Shown: one piece after another, positions 1-15,000 of the stretch
Layout of the letters: each line of letters begins with the position of its first letter
How positions within the stretch are numbered: the stretch's first letter is position 1
Assembly: GCA_965203465.1 (NCBI GenBank)
Contig: CBDBCR010000003.1
Location: forward strand, 64,001-128,000
Origin: Nitrosopumilaceae archaeon
GTDB taxonomy: Archaea > Thermoproteota > Nitrososphaeria > Nitrososphaerales > Nitrosopumilaceae
Direction of reading: 5' to 3'
Length of the DNA stretch: 64,000 nt
Notes under the pieces: model-generated
What the model was told of the DNA's origin: nothing
Seen by the model: only the letters and a program-made list of their open reading frames with translations
Databases searched by the model: none
Translations under genes and position numbers: made by a program

Positions 1-3000
1 TTGCGCGTTGGCCGGCACGGACACCGGCTCGCTGAAGGCGACCTCTACGGTGGTAAGCGAGGTGGCCGCGGCCGACTCTATCCGGGGCGCGATGCCGTCG
101 TCCGCCGCGGCGGCGGCATAGGCGGCAAGGTTGTTGTCCGAGGTATCCTCGATGTTGCCGCCCGAGTACGCCACGGTGACAGACGGGCTCGTGGTGTCGG
201 CGATGTCCCTGTCCAGTGTGAGCGTGGCGCTCGTCCCGGAGACCGACTCGGATATGTCCGATATCGAATCTACCTCGGCGCTGTTTGCGTCCGCGCCCGA
301 TATGGCCCAGCCGAACGGCGCTGTGCCGGCGCCCGACAGCCTCACGCTCTCCGAAAATGCCACTTGTATCGTGCGGCGGTCGGCCACCGTCGCCGAGGCG
401 ACCGAGGGGTTCTGGCCGTCCTTCAAGTCCTGCGACAGCGCGGTCGAGGTTCCGAGCGCGTTGTTCGATCCGTCCTTTACCTGCGTGGAGTCTATCTGCA
501 CCGAGCCCTCCGCGCCGGTGCCCACCGGATTGGGGGCGGTGAACGAAACCACGTGCGTCGCGGTCGTCTGTCCGGATATCGACGATATGGTCGCCGTCTG
601 CCCGCCCACCGAGGCGCTGCCGTAGTGGGACTGCGAGGCAGTGACGGCCTCGCTGTACGTTATCGTGAACTGGCCCGGCCCGGTGACCTTTGCGGACTCT
701 ATTTCGGGCTTTATGCCGTCCGATACGGCCGTGCTCTGTTTGGCCTCCAGGGCGTTGGACGCGGGATCCGCTATGGCCCCCGAGCCCGAATTCGCGTCGC
801 CGGTCACGTCGCCCGACGAGGTCTTGTACCGCAGGACCACGCCGTCCGGCTTCGTGTCCTCCATGTCCGAGCTGAGCGTGAGCACCACGGAACGGCCGTT
901 CGAGACGGCGGTGCTCGAATCGACTGTGCGGCCGGCAGCGTCGGTCCCGGATACGGACCAGCCCTGCGCGGTCGTGTCCAATATCGAAAGGTTCTCGCTG
1001 AACGTGACCGTTATCTTGTCCAGTTCGGTCGCCTTTGCGGTGAACGTCGGCGCCTGCCCGTCCGTAAGAGTCTGCGTGACGTGGCCGGAGCCCAGGGCGT
1101 TGTTCGAGCCGTCCCTGATCGCCCCGAAATTGATTTGCACGGTTCCGGTCGCGTCGGTGCCCGTGTTGCTCCCGGCGAAGCTCAGGACGGCGGTGTCTGT
1201 GTTGGCGCCCGCAAAGCCCGACGCGAAGCGGCCCCCTCCCACGTTGATGTTGTTGTAGTGGGCCAGGTTGTGCGTCACCGTCTCGCTGTACACGATCGTT
1301 ATCTGGCGGGGTCCGGTGACCTTGGCGGACTCTATTTCGGGCTTTACGCCGTCCGAGACGTCGATGTTGGTGGCGGAGTCCAATTCGTTCGCGGTCCCCG
1401 CATCGTCCGCCACGTCGCCGGACGAGGAATCGTACGCCAGCTTTACGCCCTCCGGCTTCGTATCCGCGAGGTTGCCGTCGAGGGTCAGCACCAGCGTGTC
1501 CGAGGCGGTGGCGGATATGTCCGAGCGTCTGTCCACTACGCGCGAGTTCCAGTCGCCGCCGGATATCGACCAGCCGCCCGTCCCGGCGGTGCCGGTCGCC
1601 TTTACGTTTTCGCTGAACGTCACCGTTATCTCGTTCAGTTTGGTGGCCTTTGCCGACGTTATGGTCGGCTTTTGCCCGTCGGCCAGAGGCTGCGTCAGCG
1701 CGCCCGTCGTCCTCGTCATGGCGTTGCCCGACGCGTCGGCTATCTCTGCTTCGGCGATGTTCACCGAGCCGGTGGCCCCGGTGCCCGCCGGGTTCGTGAA
1801 CGTCAGGGTGTGCACCGCGGTACCGCTGCCCGAGACGTTCGATATCTGACGGAACTGGTTGTCCACGGTCGCCGGCGAATAGGCGGTCTGGCCGGCGGTG
1901 ACGGCCTCGCCGTACGTTATCGTTATCGTGGTCGGCCCCGTGATCTCGGCCTTTTCCACGGCCGGCGCGATGCCGTCGGCTACCGCTACGGAGGCGTCGG
2001 CCATGGCCTTGGAGTTGGCGTCGGTTATGGAAACGGCCGTTCCCGAAGCGGGGGTCGAGTCGTACGCGATGTCCAGATCCGGCCGGGTGTCCGGTAGGCG
2101 GCCGTCGAGCGTGAGCGTGAGCGTCTTTGTCGATACCGAGAGCGAGGACGCGCCCGACACGGACAGCGCGCTGCCGTTGACAGTCGCGTCGGTGCCGGAG
2201 ACCGACCAGGCCGCGGCGATCTGGGCCGGGGTGTTCGAGCTGGAAGCATCCCTGGTAAATACGACCACGATCGTCGACGGGCCCGTGGCGGCCGGGTTGA
2301 CGGCCGTCGCCGACAGTATGGACGGCCTCCTGTCGTCCGAGACGGCCGTCGCCGGCACGGCCGCCAAAGCCAGATTTGCGCCGTCCTGTATGGTACCGCC
2401 GGCCGAGTACGCAAGTTTGAGATCCGTTGACGGTGCCGGCACGTCGCCGTCCAGCGCGACGGTCATGGAGCCGGCAGCCGAGGTGAGCGACGAGACCGAC
2501 GATATCGCCAGGCCGGCCGCGTCGGCCCCGGACAGAGTCCAGTGCGACGCGTCGTTGTCCGGGCTGGACACGTCCTCGCTGAACGACACCGTGACGACTC
2601 GGTCGTCGGTCAGCGCGAACGAGGCCGTCGGGGCGATGCCGTCCGATACCGGCATGTTCTCGCGCGCCTCGAGGGCGTTGGACTCCGAGTCGGCTATGGC
2701 GCCCGAGCCCGAATCGGCGTCGCCCGGCACGTCCCCTGCGGAAGTCTTGTAGCGCAGCACCGCGTTGTCCGGGTTCGTGTCGGCCAGGCTCCCCGACAGG
2801 GTCAGCACCGTCGAGAGGCCGCTCGAGGTGGACGTGCTCGAGACGACCTGCAGGCTCGGAGCGTCGGTGCCCGATATCGACCAGCCCTGCGCGTTGGTGG
2901 CCGACGCGTCGACTAGCTCGCTGAATGTGACTTCTATCGTGGTAAGCGAGGTGGCTTTGGCGGATTCTATCGTAGGCCTTACCGCGTCCGAGACATCGAT

Positions 3001-6000
3001 GTCGGTGGCAGAAGCGAGCTCGTTCGCGGTCCCCGCCGCCTCGTCCGCCACGTCGCCTGCCGAGGAGTCGTAGGCCAGCTTTACGCCCTCCGGCTTTGTG
3101 TCCGTCAGGTTGCCGTCGAGGGTCAGCACAAGCGTGTCCGAGGCGGTCGACGAAATGCCAGCGCGCGTGTTCACGAGGCGCGAGTTGGAGTCGCCGCCCG
3201 ATATCGACCAGCCGGCGGCGCCGGACGTCCCGGTGGCCTTTACGGGCTCGCTGAACGTCACCTCTATCGTGGTAAGCGAGGTGGCCCTAGCCGATTCTAC
3301 GGTCGGCTTTACGCCGTCCGAGACGTCGATGTTCGAGGCCGATGCGAGCTCGTTTGCGGTCCCCGCCTCGTCTGCCACGTCGCCTGCCGCGGAGTCGTAG
3401 GCCAGCTTTACGCCCTCGGGCTTCGTATCCAAAAGGCCTCCGTTGAGGGTCAGCACCAGCGTGTCCGAGGCGGTGGCGGATATGTCCGAGCGTCTGTCCA
3501 CTACGCGCGAGTTCCAGTCGCCGCCGGATATCGACCAGCCGGCGGCGCCGGAGGTCCCGGTCGCCTTTACGGTCTCGCTGAACGTGACCTCTATCGTGGT
3601 AAGCGAGGTGGCCCTAGCCGATTCTACCGTCGGCCTTACCGCGTCCGAGACGTCGATGTTGGACGCGTCGTCCATCGAATTGGCCGCCGCTGCGGTGTCC
3701 TGAACGGTGCCGTCCGCCGCCACGTACGCCAGCTTTACGCCCTCCGGCTTTGTATCCGAGAGGCCGCCGTCGAGGGTCAGCACCAGCGTGTCCGATGCGG
3801 TCGACGAAATGCCAGAGCGCGTGTCCACCAGGCGCGAGTTGGAGTCGCCGCCCGATATCGACCATCCGGCGGCGCCGGCGGTCCCGGTCGCCTTTACGTC
3901 CTCGCTGAACGTGACCTCTATCGTGGTAAGCGAAGTCGCCCTAGCCGACGTTATGGTCGGCTTTTGCCCGTCCGCCAGATTCTGCGAGACGGTCGCCGAG
4001 CCCAGCGCGTTGCCCGACGCGTCGGCCACGGCAGCCGCGTCTATCGAGACGGAGCCGGTGGCGCCGGTGCCGACGGGGCTCGCCGTAGAGAACGTGACCG
4101 TGTGCCTGTCCGTCGAACCGTTGGCCAGGCCCGAGACGGTGGCGGCGGCTCCGTCCACGGTGGCCGACACGTAGTCGGCCTGCGCGGCCGTGACCGCCTC
4201 GCCGTACGCGACTTCTATCGTGGTCGGGCCGACTATGCTGGCCGACTCTATCTCGGGCGCGATGCCGTCGGCCACGTCTACAGAGGCGTCGGCCAGCACC
4301 CTAGAGTCCGTGCCCGATATCGTCACGGTCGTGCCCTGGCTCGGCGCGGCGTCGAACGAAAGCACGACGCTGTCCGGCTTTGTGTCCGGCAGGCCGGAGC
4401 TCAGATCCAGCCTGAGAGTGCTCGTCAGCGAGGACAGCGAGGACGCGCCCGATATGCTCAAAGCTGTGGGGCTGGCCGCGTCGCCTCCAGATATGGACCA
4501 GGCCGAGAGCAGATCCGACGGGGAGGCGGAGCTCGACACGCCCCTTGTGAACTCGACCACTATTGTGTCGCGGTTGACGGCGGTCGCAGACAGGATGGAC
4601 GGCCTCCTGTCGTCCTGCACGGCCGTCGCCGAAACTGCCGCCAAAGCCAGATTTGAGCCGTCCTGTATCGTGCCGGCAGCCGAGTACGCCAGTCTCAAGT
4701 CGGTGGACGGGACCGGCACGTTTCCGCTCAAAGATATAGTCATGGAGCCGGTCGACGAGGTGAGCGACGAGACCGACGATACGGCCAGGCCGGCCGCGTC
4801 GGCGCCCGAGATCGTCCAGTGCGACGCGTCGTTGTCCGAGCTGGAGACGGGCTCGCTGAACGATACGGTGATTGCGTCGTCGGCGGTCAGCCTGAACTCG
4901 GCGGTAGGGGCGATGCCGTCCGATACCGGTATGCCTTGGCGGGCGGCCAGGGCGTTGGAGTCCGGATCTTCGATGGCCCCCGAGCCCGAGCCCGGATCGC
5001 CGGCCGCGTCGGTGCCCGACGTCTCGTATCTTAGCAGCACGCCGTCCGGCTTCGTATCCGCCAAGGCTTTGTCGAGCGTCAGCACTATGGAGTCGGAACC
5101 GGACGAAGTGGTGCTCGAGACCACGACGTGCGAGCCCGCGTCGGTCCCCGATACGGACCAGCCCTGCGCGGCGGCATCCAGTATCGTGAGCGGCTCGCTG
5201 AAGGTGACCCTGATCTCGGTGAGCGAGACGGCTGCGGCCGACGATATCGTCGGCGCGACGCCGTCCGATACCGGTATGCTCTGGCGGGCCTCGAGGGCGT
5301 TGGAGGGGGGCGCGGCCGGGAACGTAAGGTACTGCGAGACGGAGCTGCGCTGGACGGTGCCGCCGGGGCCGGTAAAGGAGGTGGTCGAAGACGCCTTGTC
5401 GGCGATGTCGCCCGAGCCCGAGCCGGCATCGGCGCCCACGTCCGTACCCGATGTCTCGTAGCGCAGATGTATGTCCGGCTTGGTATCGGACAGCGGTCCC
5501 GAGAGCGTCAGCGTGACGGTGTTTCCGTCAAGAGAAGTGCTCGAATCGACGGTGCGCGAGGCCGAATCTGCCCCCGATATAGACCACCCCTTGCCGGCAA
5601 GATCCGATGTGGACACGTCCTCGTCGAACGTCACCTGTATGGTGTCGGCCGACGTGGCCTTGGCCGCCGTTATCGACGGGGCCACGCCGTCGTCTAGCGG
5701 CAGGAACTGCCTCGAGGAAGAAAGCGCGTTTCCGGCAAGATCCCGCACGCCGTTGGGGTCGTACTGCACGAAGCCGGACCACGACGGGTTCACGGTGCAG
5801 TCGCGCGACGTGAACGTGAACCTGTCGGCGGCCGTGAGAGTGGTGCCGCCGGCGCAGTTGGCCTGGCCGTTGAGTCGCGCGTCATGTATGGCGAAATTGC
5901 CGATGCGGACGTCCTCGCTGAACACGGAGACGGCCTTGTTGGGTGCCTCTGTCCTGGCATAGACGGTCGGCGCGATGCCGTCCGATACCGGTATGCCCGC

Positions 6001-9000
6001 GCGCGCCTCCATGGCGTTGGACGACGAATCCGCTACGGCGCCCGAGCCCGAGCCCGCATCGGAGCCGACATCGGCGCCCGAAGTCTCGTAGCGCAGCACC
6101 GCGTTGTCCGGGTTGGTGTCCGCGAGGTTCCCCGAGAGCGTCAACACGACCGAGTTGGAGCCGGACGCGGCGCTGCTCGCGTCCACCGTCAGGCCCGCCG
6201 CGTCGGTCCCCGATACGGACCACCCTTGCGCGCTCGTGTCCTGTACCGTGAGGCTTTCGCTGAACGTGACAGTTATGCTGTCGCGGGCCGTGGCCTTTGC
6301 CGTCACGGTGGGGGGCAGGCCGTCCGATATCGGTATGGAAGAGCGCGGCGCCAGCGCGTTGGACGCCAAGTCCGTTATGGCCCCCGAGCCCGAACCCACG
6401 TCGCTGCCCACGTCGCCGGTCGCGGTCTTGTAGCGCAGCACCGCGTTGTCCGGGTTGGTGTCCGCGAGGTTCCCCGAGAGCGTCAACACTATGGAGCTGT
6501 TGACGGACGTGGCCGTGCTGGTATCGACCGTGAGGCCGGCAGCGTCGGTGCCCGATATCGACCACCCTTGCGCGCTCGTGTCCAGTACAGTGAGGTCTTC
6601 GCTGAACGTGACCGTTATCTGGTTGGGTGCCGTGGCCTCGGCCGTCACGGTCGGGCTTATGCCGTCGCCGGCGGCCGTGGGCGGATAGTCAGCGAGCGGG
6701 CGGTTGGAATTGTCCCTGATGCCGTCGCCCGAGTACGCCACGGTGATGGCCGGTTTCGTGGTATCGGCGATGTCCCTGTCCAGGGTCAGCACGGCCGTGC
6801 TCGACCTGCTCTCGAGGCCCGCGTTGAGCATGGGGATGCCCGCGATCGACTCCACGGAGGCGCCGCCCGCGTCGGCGCCCGATATCGTCCAGCCGAACGG
6901 CGCGGCGCCGGACAGCTGCGCCGGGTCCGAGAACGTCACGGTTATCGTCCTGCGCGAGGTGACCGTCGCCGAGTCGACGGTGAGCAGGTCCGATACGGGT
7001 TTGTCGAGGGACTCGGCTATCTGGACGCCGGTCGTGTCCGAGACGGCGCCCGCGGATATGTCCAGCTCCGGGTCCGAGAGCGTCTCGAACGCGGCGCGCT
7101 GCTGGGCGACTAGCGTGAATTTCACAGAGAACCCGTCGGGCTGGCCCGCGTCCAGCCTGCTGGTCAGTTTTATGCCGCCCGACGACGAGCCGCTCTCCCG
7201 TATGTCGAATTTCGAGGCGTCGACCGACGATATCGCGACGGTCTCGCTGAACACCACGGTCAGCACCCCGTCGGAGCCGTGGTAGGAGGCCGACGCGAAG
7301 ACGGGCGCGATCGAATCCGCCGTAACGGCGACGTCGTGGCCGGCAGAGTCGGGGGCGAACGGGTTGCCGCTCGTGTCGTACACAGTGTTGGGCGCGAAGT
7401 ACAGGTTGGGATCGGACATGCCGATCACGGCCTGGCGCGAGGCCTCGTCCAGACTGAACCGCAGGGTGGACGTGTTCGACGAGACGGCCAGCATGGAATC
7501 GGTCATGGTAAGCTGGCCGGCCGCCGGCTGGCTCGTGCCGTCGCGCACGTGCACGCTCGTGGCAGAGAGCCTGCCCACGTCGATGTACTCGTTGAACGCT
7601 ACGGCCAGCCGGCCTGTCCCCGCGTCGAAGGTCACGTCGGCCGGCGCAGATATGATCGGCGCCGCGGAGTCGGCCGTGACGGCGATGTCGACGCCGGAGG
7701 CCGGCACGGAGAGGTCTCCGTCCGCGTCGCGGAACGCGCCCGCAGAGACGTACAGCCTGGGATCGGCCATGGCCAGGACGAGCTGCCTCCGGTCCTCGTC
7801 GAGCTCGAATGCCGGCGAGGCCGTGTCCGACGTCTCGGACGTGGAATCCTGATCCAGGACGAACGCGCCGGCAGACCCGGGCGTCGCCGAGGGGCCGTCG
7901 CGTACGCCTATGAGCGTCTCGTCGATGTCGCCGGGCGCCGACGCCTTGGCGGTCTTGCTGAGGGTTATCTCCAGATCGCCGAGACCCCCGTCCACCGTAG
8001 AAGACAGCACGTACAGCGTCAGGCCTACCGCGTTGTCGGCCGAGGCATCCGACGGGATGCCGGCCTTGTCCGAGACGGCTCCCGCGTCGATGTCAAGTTC
8101 CGGGACGGACAGGGCCTCAAAGTCGGCGCGCTGTTGCGCGGTAAGCGTGAACTTTACAGAGACGCCGTCGGGCTGGCCCGCGTCCAGCCTGCCGGCGAGA
8201 TTTATGCCGCCCGACGACGAGCCGCTCTCCCGTATGTCGAATTTCGAGGCGTCGACCGACGATATCGCGACTGTCTCGCTGAACACCGCGGTCAGCCTGC
8301 CGTCCGAGCCGTCGTACAGGACGGATTCGAACGCGGGCGCGATCGAATCCGCCGTCACGGCGACGTCGTGGCCGGCAGAGTCGGGGGCGAACGGGTTGCC
8401 GCTCGTGTCGTACACAGTGTTGGGCGCGAAGTACAGGTTGGGATCGGACATCCCGATCACGGCCTGGCGCGATTCCTCGTCCAGACTGAACCGCAGGGTG
8501 GACGTGTTCGACGAGACGGCCAGCATGGAATCGGTCATGGTAAGCTGGCCGGTCGCCGGCTGGCTCGTGCCGTCGCGCACGTGCACGCTCGTGGCAGAGA
8601 GCCTGCCCACGTCGATGTACTCGTTGAACGCTACGGCCAGCCGGCCTGTCCCCGCGTCGAAGGTCACGTCGGCCGGCGCAGATATGATCGGCGCCGCGGA
8701 GTCGGCCGTGACGGCGATGTCGACGCCGGAGGCCGGCACGGAGAGGTCGCCGTCCGCGTCGCGGAACGCGCCCGCAGAGACGTACAGCCTGGGATCGGCC
8801 ATGGCCAGGACGAGCTGCCTCCGGTCCTCGTCGAGCTCGAATGCCGGCGAGGCCGTGTCCGACGTCTCGGACGTGGAATCCTGATCCAGTACGAACGCGC
8901 CCGGCGCCGATGGCGAGGCGGACGGGCCGTCGCGTACGCCTATGAGCGTCTCGTCGATGTCGCCGGGCGCCGAGATCTTTGCCGCCCTGTTGAGGTTTAT

Positions 9001-12000
9001 CGTGAGGCCTCCAGACTCCCCGTCGAACGAGGCGGAGTCTACCCCGAGCAGAGCGGCGACGCGGCTGTCCTGGGAAGCCGGTATCGCGTTGGCCGGCGAG
9101 GCCGTGTCCGAGACGGCGCCCGCGTCGATGTCCAGCTCTGGCACCGACAGGGCCAGGACGGTCGCCAGCTGCTGCGCGGTAAGCGTGAACGCGACCGAAG
9201 CCCCGTCGGACTGGCCTGCGTCGAGCCGACCTGTAAGCGCGGTGCCGCCCGACGAGGAGCCGCTCTCCCGGATGTGGAACTTTGAGGCGTCCGCCGAAGA
9301 CACGTCGACGTCCTCGCTGAACTCCAGCGCAAGCTCGCCGCTGCTCTCGTTGAGCACGGCCGACAGCAGCGCGGGCGGCAGGAGGTCCGAGACGGACACG
9401 TGCGGCGAGACGGTCGATGCGAGCGGCTTGTCGGTGCCGTCCTTTATGTCGCCCGGGCTCTGCACGTACTGCAGCCGCAGCGAGGGCGAGGTGTCCGGCA
9501 GGTCGCCGGAGAGGCCCAGGCTTACCGTGTCGGTCGACGACGATATTCCGAGGTACCTGCTCACGGTTATGCCGGCAGAGTCGGCGCCGTGCAGCTTCCA
9601 CGTGCCGGCCGCGCCCGTCGCGGTGCCGGTGACGTCCTCGCTGAACTCGACCCGGATTTCGTCCGCCGAGACGGCGGCGGCCGACGATATGGCAGGCGCC
9701 AGGTTCTGCGAGACCGAAACGCTCGCGCCGGCAAGGCCGTTGTCGGACGCGTCGGCTATGTCCCCCGCCGAGCCCGAGTACGACAGGGTCACCTCGCCGA
9801 TGGGCTCCGCGAACGCCGACGAGGCGGTGATTTCTATGGAGCGCGAGTCGGAGAACGCGTCGTAGACCGTTATCGTGCGGCCGCCCGCGCCTGCCCCCGA
9901 GAGCGACCACGTGTCGTCCGGATCCGTCGCGGTGCCCGAGACTTCTTCGGAGAACTCGACGGTTATCTTGTTGGATTCGTGCGAGACCGCCGAGGCGATG
10001 GCGGGCGCTATGCCGTCCGAGACGGGGGCCGAGGCCGCCGCCATGGCGTTGGAGGACGGGTCGGATACGGCGCCCGAGCCCGAGCCCGGATCGCCGCCCT
10101 CGTCTCCCGCCGATGTCTTGTACCGGAGCGAGGCCTCGGGCCTCGTGCCCTCCAGATTCCCTGAGAGGGTCAGCACGATAGAGCCGCCGTCCGACGCGGC
10201 GGTGCTCGCGTCCACCGTGAGGCCGGCAGCGTCGGTGCCGGATATAGACCAGCCCTGCGCGCTCGTGTCCAGTATGGTGAGGTCTTCGCTGAACGTGACC
10301 GTTATCTTGTCGGGGGCCGTGGCCCTGGCCGCAAAGGTCGGGGATATGCCGTCGGACGGGGCGTCAGAGTACGCGGCAAGGGCGTTGTCGTATATGTCCT
10401 CGATGTTGCCGCCGCTGTAGGCCACCGCAATGTCGGGGGACGTGTCCGCCAAGTTGCCGCTCAGCAAAAGCCTGGCCGTAGTTCCCGACTGGGTGCTGGA
10501 AATGTCCGTTATCGAGGATACGGACACCGAGGCGGCGTCGGTTCCGGATATCGTCCAGCCTGTCGGCGCGCCCGTGTCGGACATGCGGACCGCTTCCGAA
10601 AATCCGACCGTGATCTCGTCCAGCTTTGTGGCCTCGGCGGAGACGATGCGGGGCGCGATGCCGTCCGATACGGGTATGGAAGCCCGGCTGGCCAGAGGGC
10701 TGGAGACAGCCGCGTCGGGGAACGTGAGGTACTGCGCGACGGAGCTGCGCTGCTTGGGGCGGTCCTGCGCTTCGGGGAACGCGGCTCGGGAGGAGGACTT
10801 GTCTGCAATGTCGCCCGAGCCCGAGCCCGTATCGGCGCCGATGTCGGCGCCGGACGTCTCGTAGCGCAGCTGGATGTCGGGCGTGGTGTCCGGCAGCGGG
10901 CCCGAGAGCGTCAGGGTCACGGTGCGCCCGTCCAGGGACGTGCTGGAGTCGACTGTGCGCGAGGCAGAATCGGTCCCCGATATCGACCACCCCTTGCCCG
11001 CCGTGTCCGAAGTGGACACGTCCTCGTCGAACGTTACCTGTACGGTAGTCAGGGACGTTGCCGTGACCCCCGTTATCGACGGGGCCACGCCGTCGTCGAT
11101 GGGCATGTACACCCAAGCGCCCGGCCTGTTTCCCGCAAGATCGCTGACGTTGCGCCCGTCGTACAAAAACGAGCCCGACGACGAAGAGCTTATGTTGCAT
11201 CTGGACGTGAACGTGACAGAGTTCTGGCCCGCAAGCGCGGAGGTGGAGCCGGTTGCGCAGCCGGGGCTGAGGCGGAAAGTCTGTATGGTAAAGGAGCCGC
11301 TGACGCTGACGGCTTCGCTGAACCTGTACGCGACCTTGTTGGGGAGGACCGTCGTCGCAGAGATCGTCGGCGCTATGCCGTCCGATACGGGTATGCCTGC
11401 GCGCGCCGCCATCGCGTTGGATGCCGGATCCGCTATGGCCCCCGAGCCCGAGCCCGCGTCGGTGCCGATGTCCGTACCCGAAGTCTCGTAGCGCAATACG
11501 GCGTTGTCGGGGTTGGTGTCCGCCAAGTTCCCCGAGAGCGTCAGTACTACGGAGTTGGAGCCGGACGCGGCGCTGCTCGCGTCCACCGTCAGGCCCGCCG
11601 CGTCGGTGCCCGACACGGACCAGCCCTGCGCGGTGGTGTCCTGTATCGTGAGCGGCTCGCTGAACGTGACGGCTATCCTGTTTAGGGCCGTGGCCCGCGC
11701 CGTGACGGTCGGCTTTATGCCGTCCGCGACGTCGCCCGACAGGTCTTCCAGTTCCTTGCCGCCGTCGCTGGCGATCGTCACGGCCGAGCCGTCGTACGCC
11801 AGGATCACGCCGTCGGGCTTTGTGTCCGGCAGGTCCGAGCTGAGCGTGATCGTCAGGGAACTGGTGAGCACCTGCAGCGACGTCATGCTTTGTACGCTCA
11901 AGCTCGCGGGGCTGGCCGCGTCGCCCCCCGAGACGCTCCAGGCGGCGAGCAGGTCGGCCGGAGAATCCGGGCTCTTTACGGGGCTCGTGAACTTTACGGC

Positions 12001-15000
12001 TATCTTGTCGAGCTCGGTGGCCCGTATCGAGGCGACGGCCGGGCGCCTCTCCTCCGATACGTCCGCCGACGAGGCCGGCAGGGCGTTGCCGGACGCGTCC
12101 GAGACGGCCGAGCCTGAATAGCCGACGCTCAGGCCCGATATGTCCTGGGGCATGTCGCGGTCCAGCCCTATAGCCATCGAGTCGGTCAGCGACGATAGCG
12201 ACGTGACCGACAGCGAGCGGGGTACCGAGAACGAGCCGTCGGCGTGCGAGAACGCCCAGTGCCCGGCCAGGTTGCCCGAGCCGCTCACCTGCTCGCCAAA
12301 GTCTATGATCACCGTCCGGTCTTCCGTGATCCTCGCCTCGAACGAGGGGGCCAAGCCGTCCGATATCGGTATGGAAGAGCGCGCCGCTAGGGCGTTGGAC
12401 GCCAAGTCCGCTATGGCCCCAGAGCCCGAGCCCGTGTCGCCGGGCACGTCTCCTGCGGAAGTCTTGTAGCGCAGCACCGCGTTGTCCGGGTCCGTATCCG
12501 CAAGGTTCCCCGAGAGCGTCAATACTATGGAGCTGTTTGCGGACGTGGCCGTGCTGGTATCGACCGCCAGGCCGTCGGCGTCGGTGCCCGATATAGACCA
12601 CCCTTGCGCGCTCGTGTCCTGCACCGTGAGCGGTTCGCTGAACGTCACCGTTATCCGGTTCAGTGCCGTGGCCTCGGCCGTGACGGTCGGGGCTATGCCG
12701 TCCGAGACGTCGATGTTGGTGGCAGAAGCGAGCTCGTTTGCGGTGCCCGCCTCGTCTGCCACGTCGCCTGCCGAGGAGTCGTAGGCCAGCTTTACGCCGT
12801 CCGGCTTCGTATCCAAGAGGCCGCCGTCGAGGGTCAGCACAAGCGTCGTCGAGCTGCCGGCAGAGATGTCCGAGCGCGTGTCCACCACGCGCGAATTCCA
12901 GTCGCCGCCCGATATCGACCAGCCGCCCGTCCCGGCGGTGCCGGTGGCCGTGACCGCCTCGCTGAAGGTGACGGTTATCTCGTCGAGGGCGGTGGCCCTC
13001 GCCGATTCTATCGTAGGCTTTACGCCGTCCGAGACGTCGATGTCCGTGGCCGAGGCGAGCTCGTTGGCGCTCGACGCGGTGTCTTGCACGTCGCCCGTCG
13101 AGGAATCGTACGCCAGCTTTACGCCCTCCGGCTTGGTGTCTAGCAGACCGCCGTTCAGTCTCAACACCAGCGTGTCCGAGGCGGTGGCCGATATGTCCGA
13201 GCGCGTGTCCACCACGCGCGAGTTGGAGTCGCCGCCCGATATCGACCAGCCTCCCGTCCCGGCGGTGCCGGTGGCCGTGACCGCCTCGCTGAAGGTGATG
13301 GTTATCTCGTTGAGGGCGGTGGCCACAACCGATTCTATCGTCGGCTTTACGCCGTCCGAGACGTCGATGTCCGTGGCCGAGGCGAGCTCGTTGGCGCTCG
13401 ACGCGGTGTCTTGCACGTCGCCCGTCGAGGAATCGTACGCCAGCTTTACGCCCTCCGGCTTGGTGTCTAGCAGACCGCCGTTCAGTCTCAACACCAGCGT
13501 GTCCGAGGCGGTGGCCGATATGTCCGAGCGCGTGTCCACCACGCGCGAGTTGGAGTCGCCGCCCGATATCGACCAGCCTCCCGTCCCGGCGGTGCCGGTG
13601 GCCTTTACGTCCTCACTGAACGTGACTGTTATCTCGTTGATGGCGGTGGCCTCTGCCGATATTATGGTCGGCTTTTGCCCGTCTGCCAGATTCTGCGAGA
13701 CGGTCGCCGTCCCCAGGGCGTTGCCCGACGCGTCGGTCACGGCCGCCCCGTCTATCGACATGGTGCCGGTAGCGCCGGTGCCGACAGGGCTCGCCGGCGA
13801 AAACTGGATCGTGTGCCTGTCCGTCGAACCGTTGGCCAGGCCCGAGACGGTGGCGGCGGCTCCGTCCACGGTGGCCGACAGGTAGTCGGCCTGCGCGGCC
13901 GTGACCTCCTCGCCGTACGCGACTTCTATCGTGGTCGGGCCGACTATGCGGGCCGACTCTACTTCCGGAGCTATGCCGTCCGATACGTCGACCGAGGCGT
14001 CGGCCAGCACCCGGGATTCGGCGTCCGATATGGACACGGTGGTGCCCTGGCTCGGCGTGGCGTCGAACGAAAGCACGACGCCGTCCGGCTTTGTGTCCGG
14101 CAGGCCGGAGCTGAGCGTGAACGTGAGCGTGCTGGTGCGGACGGCAAGCGACGAGACGGTTTGTACGCTCAAGCTCGCCGGGCTGGCCGCGTCGCCGCCC
14201 GATATGGACCAGGCCGAGAGGATGTCCGAGGCGCTGTCCGTGCTCGTGACGCCCCTCGTCAACTCGACAACGACGGTGTCGCGGTCGACGGCCGTGGCCG
14301 ACAGGATCGACGGCCTCCGGTCGTCCTGCACGGCCGTCGCCGGCGCGGCCGCCAGGACGAGGTTGGCGCCGTCGCTTATCGTGCCGCCGGCCGAGTACGC
14401 CAGTTTCAGATCCGTCGACGGGACGGGCACGTTTCCGTTCAGCGCGACGGTCATGGAGCCGGACGACGAGGCCAAGGACGATACGGACGATACGGCCAGG
14501 CCGGCCGCGTCGGCCCCGGACAGAGTCCAGTGCGACGCGGCGTTGTCCGGGCTGGACACGCCCTCGCTGAACGTCACCGTTATGGCGTTGTCGGCGGTCA
14601 GCCTGAACTCGGCGGTCGGCGGCAGGCCGTCGGACACCGGTATGCCCTGGCGCGCGGCAAGCGCGTTGGACGAAAGGTCGGTTATCGCGCCCGAGCCCGA
14701 ATTGGGGTCGCTCCCCACGTCGCCGCCCTCCGTCTTGTAGCGCAGCACCGCGTTGTCCGGGTCGGTGTCGGCGAGGTTGCCCGATAGCGTCAGCACTATC
14801 GAACTGTTTACGGACGTGGCCGTGCTCGCATCGACGGTGAGGCCGTCGGCGTCTGTGCCGGATATGGACCACCCCTGAGCGGTCGTGTCCGATATGGTCA
14901 GCGGCTCGCTGAACGTGACCGTTATCTTGTTCAGAGCCGTGGCCTCGGCGGTGACCGTCGGCGCTATGCCGTCCGATATGGGTATGTTTTGGCGCGCCTC